Below are positions 18,278 through 31,720 of a DNA stretch of 64,000 bases, piece after piece. The translations under genes were made by a program, and so were the position numbers. The notes under the pieces were generated by a model, which did no database searches, was not told the DNA's origin, and worked only from the letters and a program-made list of their open reading frames with translations. Source of the DNA: Macrostomum lignano (lineage: Eukaryota); contig NIVC01001965.1 in NCBI GenBank assembly GCA_002269645.1, positions 22,855-86,854 on the forward strand, written 5' to 3'. Position 1 is the stretch's first letter, and each line of letters opens with the position of its first letter.

Positions 18278-19445
18278 TCTGGGGACTCTATAGTGACCCT
18301 GGGGCGCTTCTATAGTGACCCTGGGGCGCTTCTATAGTGACTCTGGGGCGCTTCTATAATGACTCTGGGGCGCTTCTATAGTGACCCTGGGCGCTTCTAT
18401 AGTGACTCTGGGGCGCTTCTATAGTGACCCTGGGGCGCTTCTATAGTGACCCTGGGGCGCTTCTATAGTGACCCTGGGGCGCTTCTATAGTGACTCTGGG
18501 GCGCTTCTATAGTGACTCTGGGGCGCTTCTATAGTGACTCTGGGGCGCTTCTATAGTGACTCTGGGGCGCTTCCATAGTGACTCTGGGGCGCTTCTATAG
18601 TGACTCTGGGGCGCTTCTATAGTGACTCTGGGGCGCTTCTATAATGACTCTGGGGCGCTTCCATAGTGACTCTGGGGCGCTTCTATAGTGACTCTGGGGC
18701 GCTTCTATAGTGACTCTGGGGCGCTTCTATAGTGACTCTGGGCGCTTCCATAGTGACTCTGGGGCGCTTCTATAGTGACTCTGGGGCGCTTCTATAATGA
18801 CTCTGGGGCGCTTCTATAGTGACTCTGGGGCGCTTCTATAGTGACTCTGGGGCGCTTCTATAGTGACTCTGGGGCGCTTCTGTAGTGACTCTGGGGCGCT
18901 TCTATAGTGACTCTGGGGCGCTTCTATAGTGACTCTGGGGCGCTTCTATAATGACTCTGGGGCGCTTCCATAGTGACTCTGGGGCGCTTCTATAGTGACT
19001 CTGGGGCGCTTCTATAGTGACTTTGGGGCGCTTCCATAGTGACTCTGGGGCGCTTCTATAGTGACTCTGGGGCGCTTCTATAGTGACTCTGGGGCGCTTC
19101 TATAGTGACTCTGGGGCGCTTCCATAGTGACTCTGGGGCGCTTCTATAGTGACTCTGGGGCGCTTCTATAGTGACTCTGGGGCGCTTCTATAGTGACTCT
19201 GGGGCGCTTCCATAGTGACTCTGGGGCGCTTCTATAGTGACTCTGGGGCGCTTCTATAGTGACTTTGGGGCGCTTCTATAGTGACTCTGGGGCGCTTCTA
19301 TAGTGACTCTGGGGCGCTTCCATAGTGACTCTGGGGCGCTTCTATAGTGACTCTGGGGCGCTTCCATAGTGACTCTGGGGCGCTTCTATAGTGACTCTGG
19401 GGCGCTTCTATAGTGACTTTGGGGCGCTTCTATAGTGACTCTGGG
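18278..19445. repeat. 22-bp tandem repeat CTATAGTGACTCTGGGGCGCTT
   Basis: About 52 near-identical copies downstream of PCMTD. Confidence 0.97.
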
Positions 19446-20567
19446 ACCGCAGAGTCGTATCTGAGGCGTGCTTGAGTCGCTGTAGAATCGCTGATTTGCT
19501 TTAAAAAGCCACAAGAGTCGCCCCATAGTCGCTAGAGTCACTGGTGAGCTGTTTGCAATCACTCTTAAGCTATTCTTGTCACGGCGACGCTTTCAATGGA
19601 TCGGGTTCATGGGACTGAATCCTCAAGCGGATTTTTCATTTCCACCCTTTGCTCCCCTCGCAGCGCAGGTGGTTTCTGCAGTACATTAAAATTTTTGAGA
19701 ACACTTCTAGCTACTTTACTGTAAGTAGTGCAATGCGTCCGCTGCAACTGCTAGGCTTCTTTATTGAGATTTTCCGGATGGAAGTTCTGTAACGGAAGGA
19801 TTTCTTCTGAAATTTGGGGAAAAAATCTTCAGATACAAAATGTACTTTTGTACACGTAAATTTTTTACCCTCTGGACTTGAGTTGACTTTGGCTGTTGTG
19901 TTTTGAAGAAATCTTGAGACTCTCAGACTGAATTTGTGTGTACAGCTCCCACCATTCGCACCGTCCCTCATCGTCCCCTTCACCCTACACCCGGCACTCT
20001 TTGTTCCTGTCTTTGACCCTTCGTTTTTTGCTTATAATCGTCTTTCGTTTTGTCGAAAATCTGCTTCGGTGTTTCTGTGCATCATCAAGGCTTTAGCGAA
20101 CTCGCGCAACTGAGCTGATTTTATCTCACACTTGGAGTTTGCAAAGATGAGGAGACGTCAGCAGGTATTTCACCGCAGGTATTTTACACTAGCCAGCCTT
20201 GATGATTGACAGATAAACAGTGATCAGTTTGTTGCATCAAATGAATATCCTTTTTATCGTTTATCGTACATGTAAAGTGTTCACGCCCCAGCTTTGACTA
20301 AAAGTACCCCCAGTGAAGAGTCATTTTGTAAATATATCAAAACACAGGCGCAGTTTCCAACTCCGGATTTACTCAACTTCTTGTCAGATTCGTTTTTTTG
20401 CCTCATCAAATATTTAAATCCAACAGCTAATCTTGCCTGCTGTGGTCCTTTCCCGCGTTGTTTATTTACTCGTATTTATCTCCGCGCGCGTGCCGGTCAG
20501 GTGAAAACCGCCCCATCTCTAGTCTAGTAGCCATCTCATGACCTTCAATATAATTGTTCCAACAGCA

Positions 20568-22506
20568 TCAAATCCTGTCGCGAAATCCGAGAGCACAGAT
20601 GCAGAGCGCCGCGATGGCGATTCGGGCGCTCGGCTGCTCAGCTGCATTCGCCGCAATGCTGGCACTCTCTGCCTTCTCTGTCGGGCAGCTTTCGAACCGA
20701 GCGTCGCTTGCTGACGTCGCCAGAAAGTCCTGCAGCAGCTGCAGCCCGATCTCCGGCCGGTCCGTCGCCACGGAGTGTCCGGCGCCAATCACCGTCCGGT
20801 ACTTGATTCGGCCGCCAAGGTAGGACCTCTGGACGCCTCCGATCTGCAGTCCGTAGCCCGGCTCATTCAGACAGTACAGCCAGACGTCCTGGCTGCTCAA
20901 TGGGTCCGGATCTGGTGGTAGCCGCTCCAGCAGCTGCTGTGTGATCCCCACCGGAAACAGGTAGTCCAGGGCTCCGTGGTACAGCAGCACCAAGACGCTG
21001 TGGTTCGCCATGCGAACAAAGTCTTCGAGAACGTCTCGTTTGAGTTGCTTGTAGGCATGGAAGACGCTTTTGTGGCAAATTGAGTACTCTCTGGCGACAG
21101 TGTCATTCAGGCCGAGGGCCGCCTGAGCTGCCTTGTCATTCAGGTAGCTGACGAGTGCAGTCGAGTTGAGACACGGGTAGCCGCTGACGTCTTCTTCATA
21201 GTAGCAGGGCTGCACGATGTTGTAGGGTTCAGTGTCCGCATGCTGTTGTTCTGCGGATGGATTATGAGATATGATATTTTGTGATCCGAATAAACTCGGC
21301 AACGGCTAATCACTCCCATTAACTGACGCTGTCACGCGGCAAAAAGTTAAGCAATTGATGTCTTTAATGCTACTTTTAGTAGCTCATCGTGTGTAGGAAC
21401 CACGAGCATGCAAAAGTACCATCGCTCGTCCCGGCATCCTGATCACCAGCCGGACGGAGTTGATGAACTCTTGGGGCAGTCGCTGCTGTCAGGCATTCAG
21501 AACCGCCAGTCGTAACTGTTCAGCATTGTGCGGGACGGGACTTCCTGCTGAACTCTTTGCCCCAAAAGTCCCAAACATGCTCGATGGGGTTCGTGTCTGG
21601 AGACTGAATATGCGCAACAACCCCTCCCTAGTTCCCGTCTGGCGGCGGTGTGCAACTGTACGACAGGGTGGGGTGCGATATGACGTGAACCAGGTAAACG
21701 TACGTTAGCGAAAACTGGAGAGGTGGGGCTGTCTGGGAAGGTTGGGGCGAGGCACGACGAAATGACGCGGCAGCACAACATACCTGCACTTTCACGCTGT
21801 AAATCTTTGTGCGCCCGAGGCTGGCACCCAGGGCGTCAGTCAGCGCCCTGCGAGAAGCCTCAAATGCTGACCGATCAAAGGGCACGTGCAGGCCGTTGCC
21901 CACGGCGATGCCCTTCAGGTTGATGAGGCCGGGACGGTGCCCGCCCTCGATGATGGCGCTGGCCAGCAGCGGGATGTAGATCCCCGCGTAGCTCTCTCCC
22001 GCGATGTAGAAGGCCCGGCCTCGGTACTCGGGGAACAGGCTGTAGAAGTGGAGCAGCGCTCCCAGGTTCAGCCGCGTGGTCGCGTTATCGTTGAGCTCGG
22101 TCGGGTCGGTGGGTCCGGGCTCGCTCAGGCCGACACCGCTGGGCGAGTCGATGTACAGCACGTTGGCCAGCCGGTTCCACGCGAAGTCGTTGCGCTCCAG
22201 CTCGGCGCGGTCGTTCGCCAGGAACGGCCCGTTCGTCATGAGCAGGCCACCGACCGAGGAGCAGCCGGGACCGCCGTTCATCCACAGCACGAGCGGAGCC
22301 GTCGCGGCGTCCACGTGGGAGCTCTCGACCAGCCAGTAGAAGAGGCGCCGGCTGCCGCCGCTGCCGCTGCTGGAGGTCAGGTAGCCCGAGTACTGGGTGA
22401 AGTTCGGGCGGAACAGCAGCCGCGGCAGCTCCTCGACGCGGCGTCTCTGGCACTCGGCGAGCGCGCAGCAGCAGAGGCAGAGCGCCAGGCTCAGAACGGG
22501 CCGCAT
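20568..22506 (-). CDS. Serine carboxypeptidase S10 (cathepsin A-like), copy A; exons 22506-21784 and 21242-20568
   Basis: Signal peptide MRPVLSLALCLCCCALA; QYSGYL; LFYWLVES; PLVLWMNGGPGCSS; NVLYIDSPSGVG; GESYAG (Ser); GALDY (Asp); GAGHSVATDRP (His). Donor CAG|GTATGT; phase-0 acceptor CAG|CAT (exact acceptor less certain). Confidence 0.9.
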
Positions 22507-23081
22507 GGTTGGCGATTCCAGTTGGGCCTGTGCGGATCTTAAATTCTCAGATACAGCCGTCAGTCAGGCTTTGACCTCGGCCGTCTTCGTGACTTTCGCT
22601 TGTTTTCGCTAGCTGCTGGGGTGCCGCATCCTGCAGTGTGTGATGTATTTATGGTCTGTAGCGCATTGCTTTTGCTTGCTGCCATTTTATGTTTCCTTCA
22701 TTTTTGCGCGAACCTTTGCCCGGTTACTGGTTCGGTCCCTAATATTCTCTGGACTCCTAGCGAATGTCACGGTGCGCTGGCCTGGATTGGCACTGTTGAT
22801 TTGCTGCGCAGATCTGGCAGCATTGGAAGCAGCTCTGGTACTGTGTTTGTAGCAATTTTGAATGTGTTTGAAGCTGTTATTACAAAATATTAACCCAAAA
22901 CAACATCAAAACATCAAAACAACATAATGATTTGTCACTGGTAAGCGGCTGGTTCATAAAACTAACGAATCAAGATAGATGCTTGATGGTAACAAAGAAC
23001 GAAACAAGGAGGGCAGAGGAGAGTGAGAGATAGATAATCGCTCTCTGTAGACACTACAGTGAGTTTATATCGATTTTCATA

Positions 23082-23472
23082 GACTGAAGGCACAACCACG
23101 GGCCATGGACTTCTATACTTAGCATCTGGACTGGAAGCGAAAAAATTATCGCAAAAAAATTACCACATGAGGCCAATTGTTTCCTAACATAGAGAAATCA
23201 TCAGCAATGAACTGCGCAGAAGGCTGCTGACCGCGCCCAACCAGATGCAACTGTTCTGTCACATTGTTGACAAGATGATGGAGGACAGCATTTACCTGGA
23301 ACATTTCATGGGTCAGATGATGTGCACGGCTGGCCATGATGTAAAAGAGGGAATTATTTGCGCATTTTTCAACTGCATGATGAAAAATTTGGTCAAAGAT
23401 ATTTCGGTTGGTGGAGCTGGAGCCAAAAGTAAGCGAAAGTCGGCTAAACTTTCCAGTGGCAGTTCATACTAA
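23082..23472 (+). pseudogene. Isolated C-terminal coding fragment, possibly of a P-element/THAP9-like transposase
   Basis: Acceptor CCTAACATAG| opens EIISNELRRRLL...CTAGHDVKEGIICAFFNCMMKNLVKDIS...KRKSAKLSS*. The transposase resemblance is from memory only; no catalytic core is visible. Confidence 0.3.
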
Positions 23473-24028
23473 CAACTTTGATTTGTTTCGATGATGCTTT
23501 TCAATCTGTCTGACACGCCACTGACCTGCTTTCGTGTCACATCTAAGCTGTTCAGTCCTTTGTTAATACTGCCTACTCTCGTTTCTTACCGATTTGTTCA
23601 AGTACATATGCACACATGCATCTGTTTCTCTGCACACTGCTAATATATATAACAACATGTATATAATTCGTTCCCAATCACAAGTAGTCCTGCCTGAATA
23701 TAAAATTAATCAGTTTGAATTTGCGTCGTTGCCTCGCGATAAAAAATTAAATACATTTCTGATGGCCTCATGTGGTAACGCGAATTTTTTCGCTTCCAGT
23801 CCAGATGCTAAGTATAGAAGTCCATGCACGGGCCAAAGTGATACTAGTCTATGGTCAGCCATGCATTTGGCACAGTACACTCAGAGTATTGACCATAGGT
23901 TTCGACCATAGACGAACTTTTTTACTCTTGAGCTTGAAGTTTCCTATCCAGACTCAAATTCAATCTGAGCTGGAAATGCTATAGTGCTACGCCACAGGCA
24001 TTCTCTGCCATAGATATTTGTTTTTCAG

Positions 24029-24909
24029 TACGGGTGCCGGCAGCCGCGTGTGCAAAACCATTCAGGTCAGTCACGGCGGGTACGCCGCTCACAGAAATTT
24101 CAGCAGCCTGAACGCCCGGCTGGCAAGCACCGTGGCCGGCTGCCAGCACGTGTTCAGCGTCGAGAACTTTAGCGCAACTCAACTGCACAGGTGTCACGCC
24201 AGCTGCAACTCGCAGGCCTCGGGAAGGCGGCTGTGCTAGTCAGGCGGGCCCGATGGCTGCCAGCGCTTTCATGGCTGCATTGAGCGGCTGCAGTGCGACA
24301 GTTGCTACCGCCATCCCGACTCGGGTAGGGAAGTGTGCTGCGGCAGACAGTGCGTGGGCGGCTGCTCCGGCAGGCGCGGCTGTTCGCGCCTTGAAACTGG
24401 AGCGTCCGGCCTGAAGCAACTGGAGCTGCATTTGCGTGAAGCAGTGCGACAGGAATTTCCCAACCAGCTCTGACGGTCGCCACTGCTCAGCCAAGTGCCC
24501 GCCAAATGAGATTCCAGCTGACGGTGCCTGTCAGCTGTGCTCTGCGCCTGCGCTCTGCAAAGCGTGCTCAGTGGAATCTCCGCTGCTCAACGATGCAGCG
24601 GCGATGTCGCTGAGCAACCGCGGCTGCGTGATTTGGGAGTCAAGCTCGGCTCTGACCGTGAAGGCTCCGATTCTGGCAAGCCAGGCCAGCCTGCAGGCTC
24701 TGGAATCTCTGCAGGTTTTCTCCGGCCGCCTCTTCATCATGCGGACGAACCGGCTGGGCGCCGACAACCTGCGCTGCCTTCGCAACCTGCGATTCGTGTC
24801 GGGCAGTTTCGGCATCGCTTTTTTGAAGGCTCGGTACATCGGGCTGGCCCGCCTGCGGCACGCTCAGCACCTGCTGCTGAGAGACATCAGCGGCCTGTGC
24901 AAGGCCTAG
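24029..24909 (+). pseudogene. Decayed exon of an EGFR/insulin-receptor-like protein (furin-like Cys-rich domain plus receptor L domain)
   Basis: CHASC...LC*SGGPDGCQ...CCGRQCVGGCSG...CICVKQC...CSAKCP...C..C...CKAC, then GCVIW...LQALESLQVFSGRLFI...LRCLRNLRFVSG. In-frame TAG at 24237-24239 where Trp is expected and a frameshift near 24390-24415. Acceptor TTTTTCAG at 24028. Confidence 0.6.
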
Positions 24910-24962
24910 TATCCCAGCAACAGAATTCGCTAAATTCAACAAGTCACCAAGGACTTCCCGAT

Positions 24963-25934
<972 letters not shown>

Positions 25935-26894
25935 CTGCGCTTTATTGAGCTATCATTTGTATTCATATTCATATTTCTTAGCGAAAATTAGATTCTTATG
26001 GCAATTATTATTGCGGAAATTTGATCTGCCACAATAGCAGAAAAATGATGCAGCTGGGACAGACGCATATTTTGCACCGGAACAACTACAACTACTTACT
26101 GAAATACACTACTGCAAGTAGAAAGCACCATTTAAGTGTAGCAGTGATGAAAAATGGAATTGTGCAAGCGCGCCGTTTAAAATTGTGAAATATTTCAAAT
26201 TCGGTTCAAAGCAAAACTGAATCCCTTTCAAGGACTCTCGGGAGACTCAAAAGTACTCAGAATGTGCACCGGTACATGTACATCTTCTCTACGTTTCATC
26301 CAAGCCGTCATCAACGCTCAGCTGCCGCTCAAGCCATCGTTTCGTTCACCCGCAGCTCCTCGCTCTCCTCCGGCAGGCCGCCGAAGCCGCCGCAGCCGAT
26401 GACAATCAGCGGAGGCTGCCGACGTTTGCCGACGTTTAGCAACGCCAGTCGGACGTAACCCAGTGGTAAGCCAGCGGGTTTTGCCAAGTTCAGGGACTGC
26501 TGCTCAGGACTGCTCAAGCTGCAGTGATCCGCCGTTATGATCAGAGCTTGCGGAAGTTATCATAGGGCAACTCAGTCTCCTGAACACTTTCTGGGTGGCA
26601 CCCAACGCCAAAAAGCGTGCTCAGAAGCAGCAACTCAAACTCCAGGTAGATTCTACAAACCGCGAACTAAGAGCAGGGTTATTATGAAAGAGACAATGTT
26701 CCCCTCCCTGATCTCCCAGTCGGGAAATTATCAACTGATCCTCTGTTAGTGCAGCTGATTCCTGGAATGAGGAAATTTTTGACAATAACTCTTTTACAGC
26801 TGCCCGCTTGAAGTTCTCCATCAAGTTCGCTTCCCAATGCACCAGTCCTGACTGATTGCCATCTTCTGCACTTTCAGTACGCATGTAATATATT

Positions 26895-27520
26895 GTGTCA
26901 CTGTGTGTCACTGTGTGTCACTGTGTGTCACTGTGTGTCACTGTGTGTCACTGTGTGTCATTGTGTGTCACTGTGTGTCATTGTGTGTCACTGTGTGTCA
27001 CTGTGTGTCACTGTGTGTCACTGTGTGTCACTGTGTGTCATTGTGTGTCACTGTGTGTCACTGTGTGTCATTGTGTGTCACTGTGTGTCATTGTGTGTCA
27101 CTGTATGTCACTGTGTGTCACTGTGTGTCACTGTGTGTCACTGTGTGTCACTGTATGTCACTGTGTGTCACTGTGTGTCACTGTGTGTCATTTTTGTGTC
27201 ACTGTGTGTCATTGTGTGTCACTGTATGTCACTGTGTGTCACTGTGTGTCACTGTGTGTCACTGTGTGTCACTGTATGTCACTGTGTGTCACTGTGTGTC
27301 ACTGTGTGTCACTGTGTGTCACTGTATGTCACTGTGTGTCACTGTGTGTCACTGTGTGTCATTTTTGTGTCACTGTGTGTCATTGTGTGTCACTGTATGT
27401 CACTGTGTGTCACTGTGTGTCACTGTTTGTCACTGTGTGTCACTGTGTGTCATTGTGTGTCATTGTGAGTCACTGTGTGTCATTGTGTGTCACTGTGTGT
27501 CACTCTGTGTCGCTGTGTGT
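26895..27520. repeat. 10-bp tandem repeat GTCACTGTGT
   Basis: About 60 copies with T/C variants. Confidence 0.97.
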
Positions 27521-28844
27521 CTTCAGGTTCTGTGGCAGACAATCATGAAGCTCTGCAGATTTGCGAAGCAGAGTATGCGGCAGGCAGAATCCTCCATGCG
27601 GCCGCCACGGTATCCAACGCGCACAGTGCTGCGGTCGCGTGCTCACTGGTACCTGTTGCCCCACGCCGAGTTCAAAGCTTCGAAGGTGCGATTCGTGATG
27701 CCCAAGCATCAGCAGCTCTGGTGGAGGCAGAACGAACAGAATCTCGGCTTCATCGTCTTTAGTTTTAGAAATGCTTTGCGCTGCTTTTCTCTTTGCCGTT
27801 GCTGGCGAAGTCCAAGGCCATCTGCCGCATTCTTCCAACAGTTCTCTTAGATCCGCATTTTTGTACAGGTTGCTGCGGGCAATCTGGCAGATCTGGCATC
27901 TTGGTCACAATAATGAATATTTAGCCCAATGCTTCTCTCATTCGTTCTTGTCAACCCAGTTAAGGCTATCGGCACTATGCAAGAAAATTCATTCATTTAA
28001 AACTACTAGGATAGACGAAACTTTACTAATTTAAGCTCTCCATACAATTGGGGGCGTGATTGCGTGATTTGAGACAGTGAGTTGAGTTCAACCATTCCCT
28101 CACTTTGAAGTTATTGTACTGTACTTTGTCTCATAAACGATTACACTTGAAGTTCTACAGGTGAAGTACAAAGAATTACAGCCATTTTGAAATCGTACTA
28201 CTGAAGTATAAGTGTTAAATAAGCAAGACAAGCACTTATGATTCTTTTAAAATATGTTTTACACAGCTGAGACACTCTAGTTTGCAACATTGATAATCAT
28301 TTTCTTCTTTGTAATACCATGTTGTATTTGATGTTCATAATCTCAGATGTCTAACAAAAAATCAAATACAAGAGAGGTGGTGTTCCAATTAAGAAGCTCG
28401 ATTAACTCCAGTTTATGGTAGATACTTACTCGGGTGAACCGAAGGTTCGGTCTGTTGTAGGGAAAGCGTCGGTTATCGGTTTATGTTCAGTGGGTCAATT
28501 TATCAGTTTAGGTAATTAGGTTGGGTTGGAATACGATCTGTTTCAATCAAGAGTAACACTCCAGCAACGAATGAGCTGGGAGGTGAGGGATCGAGACAGG
28601 GGGCGATCGGGCAAGCGAGCTTCTTGCTTGATTTCAACATTGTTTTTATAGAATTCTAAGCCTTTCGGATTGGGGAGTAATTAAGATGGCACATGACTAC
28701 TTTTCATTGGCTGAGACTGGGGTCGCGTCCTCAGCTTTTGCTTGTGGAACGCATTGATTGGTTGGAAACACTCTCGTACATTCAGACTGGATAAAAACTT
28801 TCAAAACCTAAATTTATCATTTCTTCCCCAATTACTGTAATTCT

Positions 28845-29495
28845 TCCCTCCCTGATTCCCTCTTCCCCTGCCCGATTCCCTCTTCCCCTGTCCGATTCCC
28901 TATTCCCCTCCCCGATTCCCTCTTCCCCTGCCCGATTCCCTATTCCCCTGCCCGATTCCCTCTTACCCTCCACGATTCCCTCTTACCCTCCCCGAATCCC
29001 TCTTTCCCTCTTCCATTCCCTCTTCACTTCCCTAATTCCCTTTTCCCTCCCGATTTCCTCTTCCCCTCCAAAATTCTTCATGTCCCTCCCCTATTCCCCT
29101 TCTCGATTGTTTATTCCCCTCCCCGATTCCCTATCTCCCTCTCCGATTCCCTATTCCCCTCCCCGATTCCCCATTCCCCTCCCCGATTCCCTATTCCCCT
29201 CCCCGATTCCCCATTCCCCTCCCCGATTCCCTATTACCCTGCCCGATTCCCCATTACCCTCCCCGATTCCTTATTACCCTCCCCGATTCCCTATTACCCT
29301 CCCCGATTCCTTATTACCCTCCCCGATTTCCTATTACCCTGCCCGATTCCCTATTACCCTCCCCGATTCCTTATTACCCTCCCCGATTCCCCATTCCCCT
29401 CCCCGATTCCCCATTCCCCTCCCCGATTCCCCATTCCCCTCCCCGATTCCCCATTCCCCTCCCCGATTCCCCATTCCCCTCCCCGATTCCCTATT
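28845..29495. repeat. 20-bp pyrimidine-rich repeat CCCCGATTCCCTATTCCCCT
   Basis: About 30 degenerate copies. Confidence 0.9.
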
Positions 29496-29517
29496 CCTAC
29501 GCCTACCCCCTCATTTA

Positions 29518-29872
29518 GAGCCAAGTAGGTCCCGTTATGCCGAAAACCGACTACTTTAGCATTTGGGGATCTCTATGGGGAGAAATGGGACAATGGGGAG
29601 TTCATGTTAGGCTTTAAATGCTTTAATGGCGAGATGACCATGATAAAATTTATTTTATATGTTTGCCTGAAGAATAGGAGCGATGGTAATGTTATATTAT
29701 GCTCTTAATAACCTTAGTGTTAGCCCCTCCCACTCCAGTGTTTCCCCGCCTTGGTGTTAAACCCTTAAAGCCTTAAGTTGACATGAAATCCCCATTTGTC
29801 CCATTTCTCCCCATAGAGATCCCCAAATGCTAAAGTTGTCGGGTTTTCGGCATAGCGGGAGCTTTTCGGCTC
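29518..29872. mobile_element. MITE, PIF/Harbinger (Tourist)-like, 355 bp
   Basis: About 80-bp terminal inverted repeats (GAGCC...CCCGTTATGCCGAAAACCGAC.ACTTTAGCATTTGGGGATCTCTATGGGGAGAAATGGGAC); 3-bp TSD TTA (29515-29517, 29873-29875). Confidence 0.8.
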
Positions 29873-30050
29873 TTAAGTTCACATCCCCTTTACCTTGCTA
29901 ACGTGCGCATAAGTCATTGTTCGGTATATCGATAGAAAAGGTTTGTGTAGCAAATTGGAGAAAAAAAAGTTTAGAGGTTTTCTTCTATAGGTGGCCTTCT
30001 ATAGTACGGACTTCTGCATCCCATTGCTTAAGTACAGTCATTATGAGTAG

Positions 30051-31003
30051 TTAGGGAAGGTCACTTCTAGCCTGCAAGTCATGCCATTTGACGTCATCGT
30101 CATCAAACACCTTTAAGTCACCGCTGCTGCTCCGCCAGTCTGAAATGCGCATTGATGAGTTGCTGACCGGCTGTCAGGGATGCTGACCGGCTGTCAGGGA
30201 TGCTGACCGGCTGTCAGGGATGCTGACCGGCTGTCAGGGATGCTGACCGGCTGTCAGGGATGCTGACCGGCTGTCAGGGATGCTGACCGGCTGTCAGGGA
30301 TGCTGACCGGCTGTCAGGGATGCTGACCGGCTGTCAGGGATGCTGACCGGCTGTCAGGGATGCTGACCGGCTGTCAGGGATGCTGACCGGCTGTCAGGGA
30401 TGCTGACCGGCTGTCAGGGATGCTGACCGGCTGTCAGGGATGCTGACCGGCTGTCAGGGATGCTGACCGGCTGTCAGGGATGCTGACCGGCTGTCAGGTA
30501 TGCAGTGGGTGTCAGGTATGCAGTGGGTGTCAGGTATGCAGTGGGTGTCAGGTATGCAGTGGGGTGTCAGGTATGAAGTGGGTGTCAGGTATGCAGTGGG
30601 TGTCAGGTATGAAGTGGGTGTCAGGTATGCAGTGGGTGTCAGGTATGCAGTGGGTGTCAGGTAAACGCATTTCGCACTTGGCCAAACCCCGCTGAGACCC
30701 ACCTGACACGCCGTCCCTGCTGCCTCTTCTTCCTGCGGGACTCGGCAGCGGCGCCGAACTCCGGCTGCCGTCCGCGCATGGCGCACGCGAAAGCTTCCTA
30801 TCGAGAGCTCCATTTGCCGGCTTCGATGACTTTGCAGTGCGAGATTCTCTGGCGTCTTCGAATTTCATGGCCTGCTCAAGTCGCATCTGTTGGAGCAGCT
30901 TGTACTCAGAGCTTCGCCTGCAGCTGCTGGCACGCCATGACGAGACATCAAAGACATGGCTGCATCGCTGTGTGAGGAAGCTTTTCGGCCCAGAGCCGCC
31001 GCC
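30051..31003 (-). CDS. Putative last two exons (31003-30703, 30139-30051) of an unidentified gene
   Basis: Open frame GGGSGPKSFLTQRC...EYKLLQQMRLEQAMKFEDARE...DGVS; donor CAG|GTGGGT (phase 1) joins CATTTCAG|AC in frame to DWRSSSGDLKVFDDDDVKWHDLQARSDLP*. The intron holds tandem arrays like the other introns here. No homology recognised. Confidence 0.35.
30160..30662. repeat. Two adjacent arrays: 20-bp TGCTGACCGGCTGTCAGGGA (about 16 identical copies) then 18-bp GTCAGGTATGCAGTGGGT (about 9 copies)
   Basis: Direct inspection; the two units share GTCAGG(G/T)ATGC. Confidence 0.95.
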
Positions 31004-31074
31004 CTGCTGACTTTAGTATGCTGTATTAAAAAAATAAAAAACATTACCTTGATTACTTAATGTGCAACTCAATG

Positions 31075-31720
31075 TGCTGCCGGGCGTGCCACCAAGTGTG
31101 GCGCCAGGTGTGCTGCCAGGTGTGCCGCCAGGTGTGCTGCCAGGTGTGCTGCCAGGTGTGCTGCCAGGTGTGCTGCCAGGTGTGCTGCCAGGTGTGCTGC
31201 CAGGTGTGCAGCCAGGTGTGCTGCTGGGTGCTGCCGGGTGTGCTGCCAGGTGTGCTGCCAGGTGTGCTGCCAGGTGTGCTGCCAGGTGTGCTGCCAGGTG
31301 TGCTGCCAGGTGTCCTGCCAGGTGTCCTGCCAGGTGTGCTGCCAGGTGTGCTGCCAGGTGTGCTGCCAGGTGTGCTGCCAGGTGTGCTGCCAGGTGTGCT
31401 GCCAGGTGTGCAGCCAGGTGTGCTGCTGGGTGCTGCCGGGTGTGCTGCCAGGTGTGCTGCCAGGTGTGCTGCCAGGTGTGCTGCCAGGTGTGCTGCCAGG
31501 TGTTGCTGCCAGGTGTGCTGCCAGGTGTGCTGCCAGGTGTGCTGCCAGGTGTGCTGCCAGGTGTGCTGCCGAGAATGCTGACAGGTGTGCTGCCAGGTGT
31601 GCTGCCTGGTGCTGCCGGGTGCTGCCGGGTGCTTCCGGGTGCTGCCGGGTGCTGCCGGGTGCTGCCGGGTGCTGCCTGGTGCTGTCGGGTGCTGCCGGGT
31701 GCTGCCTGGTGCTACCGGGT
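31075..31720. repeat. 12-bp tandem repeat GCCAGGTGTGCT grading into 10-bp GCCGGGTGCT
   Basis: Direct inspection. Confidence 0.95.

Noticed and set aside
18278-19445. CRISPR-like regular repeats (also the 33- and 37-bp arrays)
   Set aside because: Units are head-to-tail with no unique spacers, there are no cas genes, and the context is eukaryotic.
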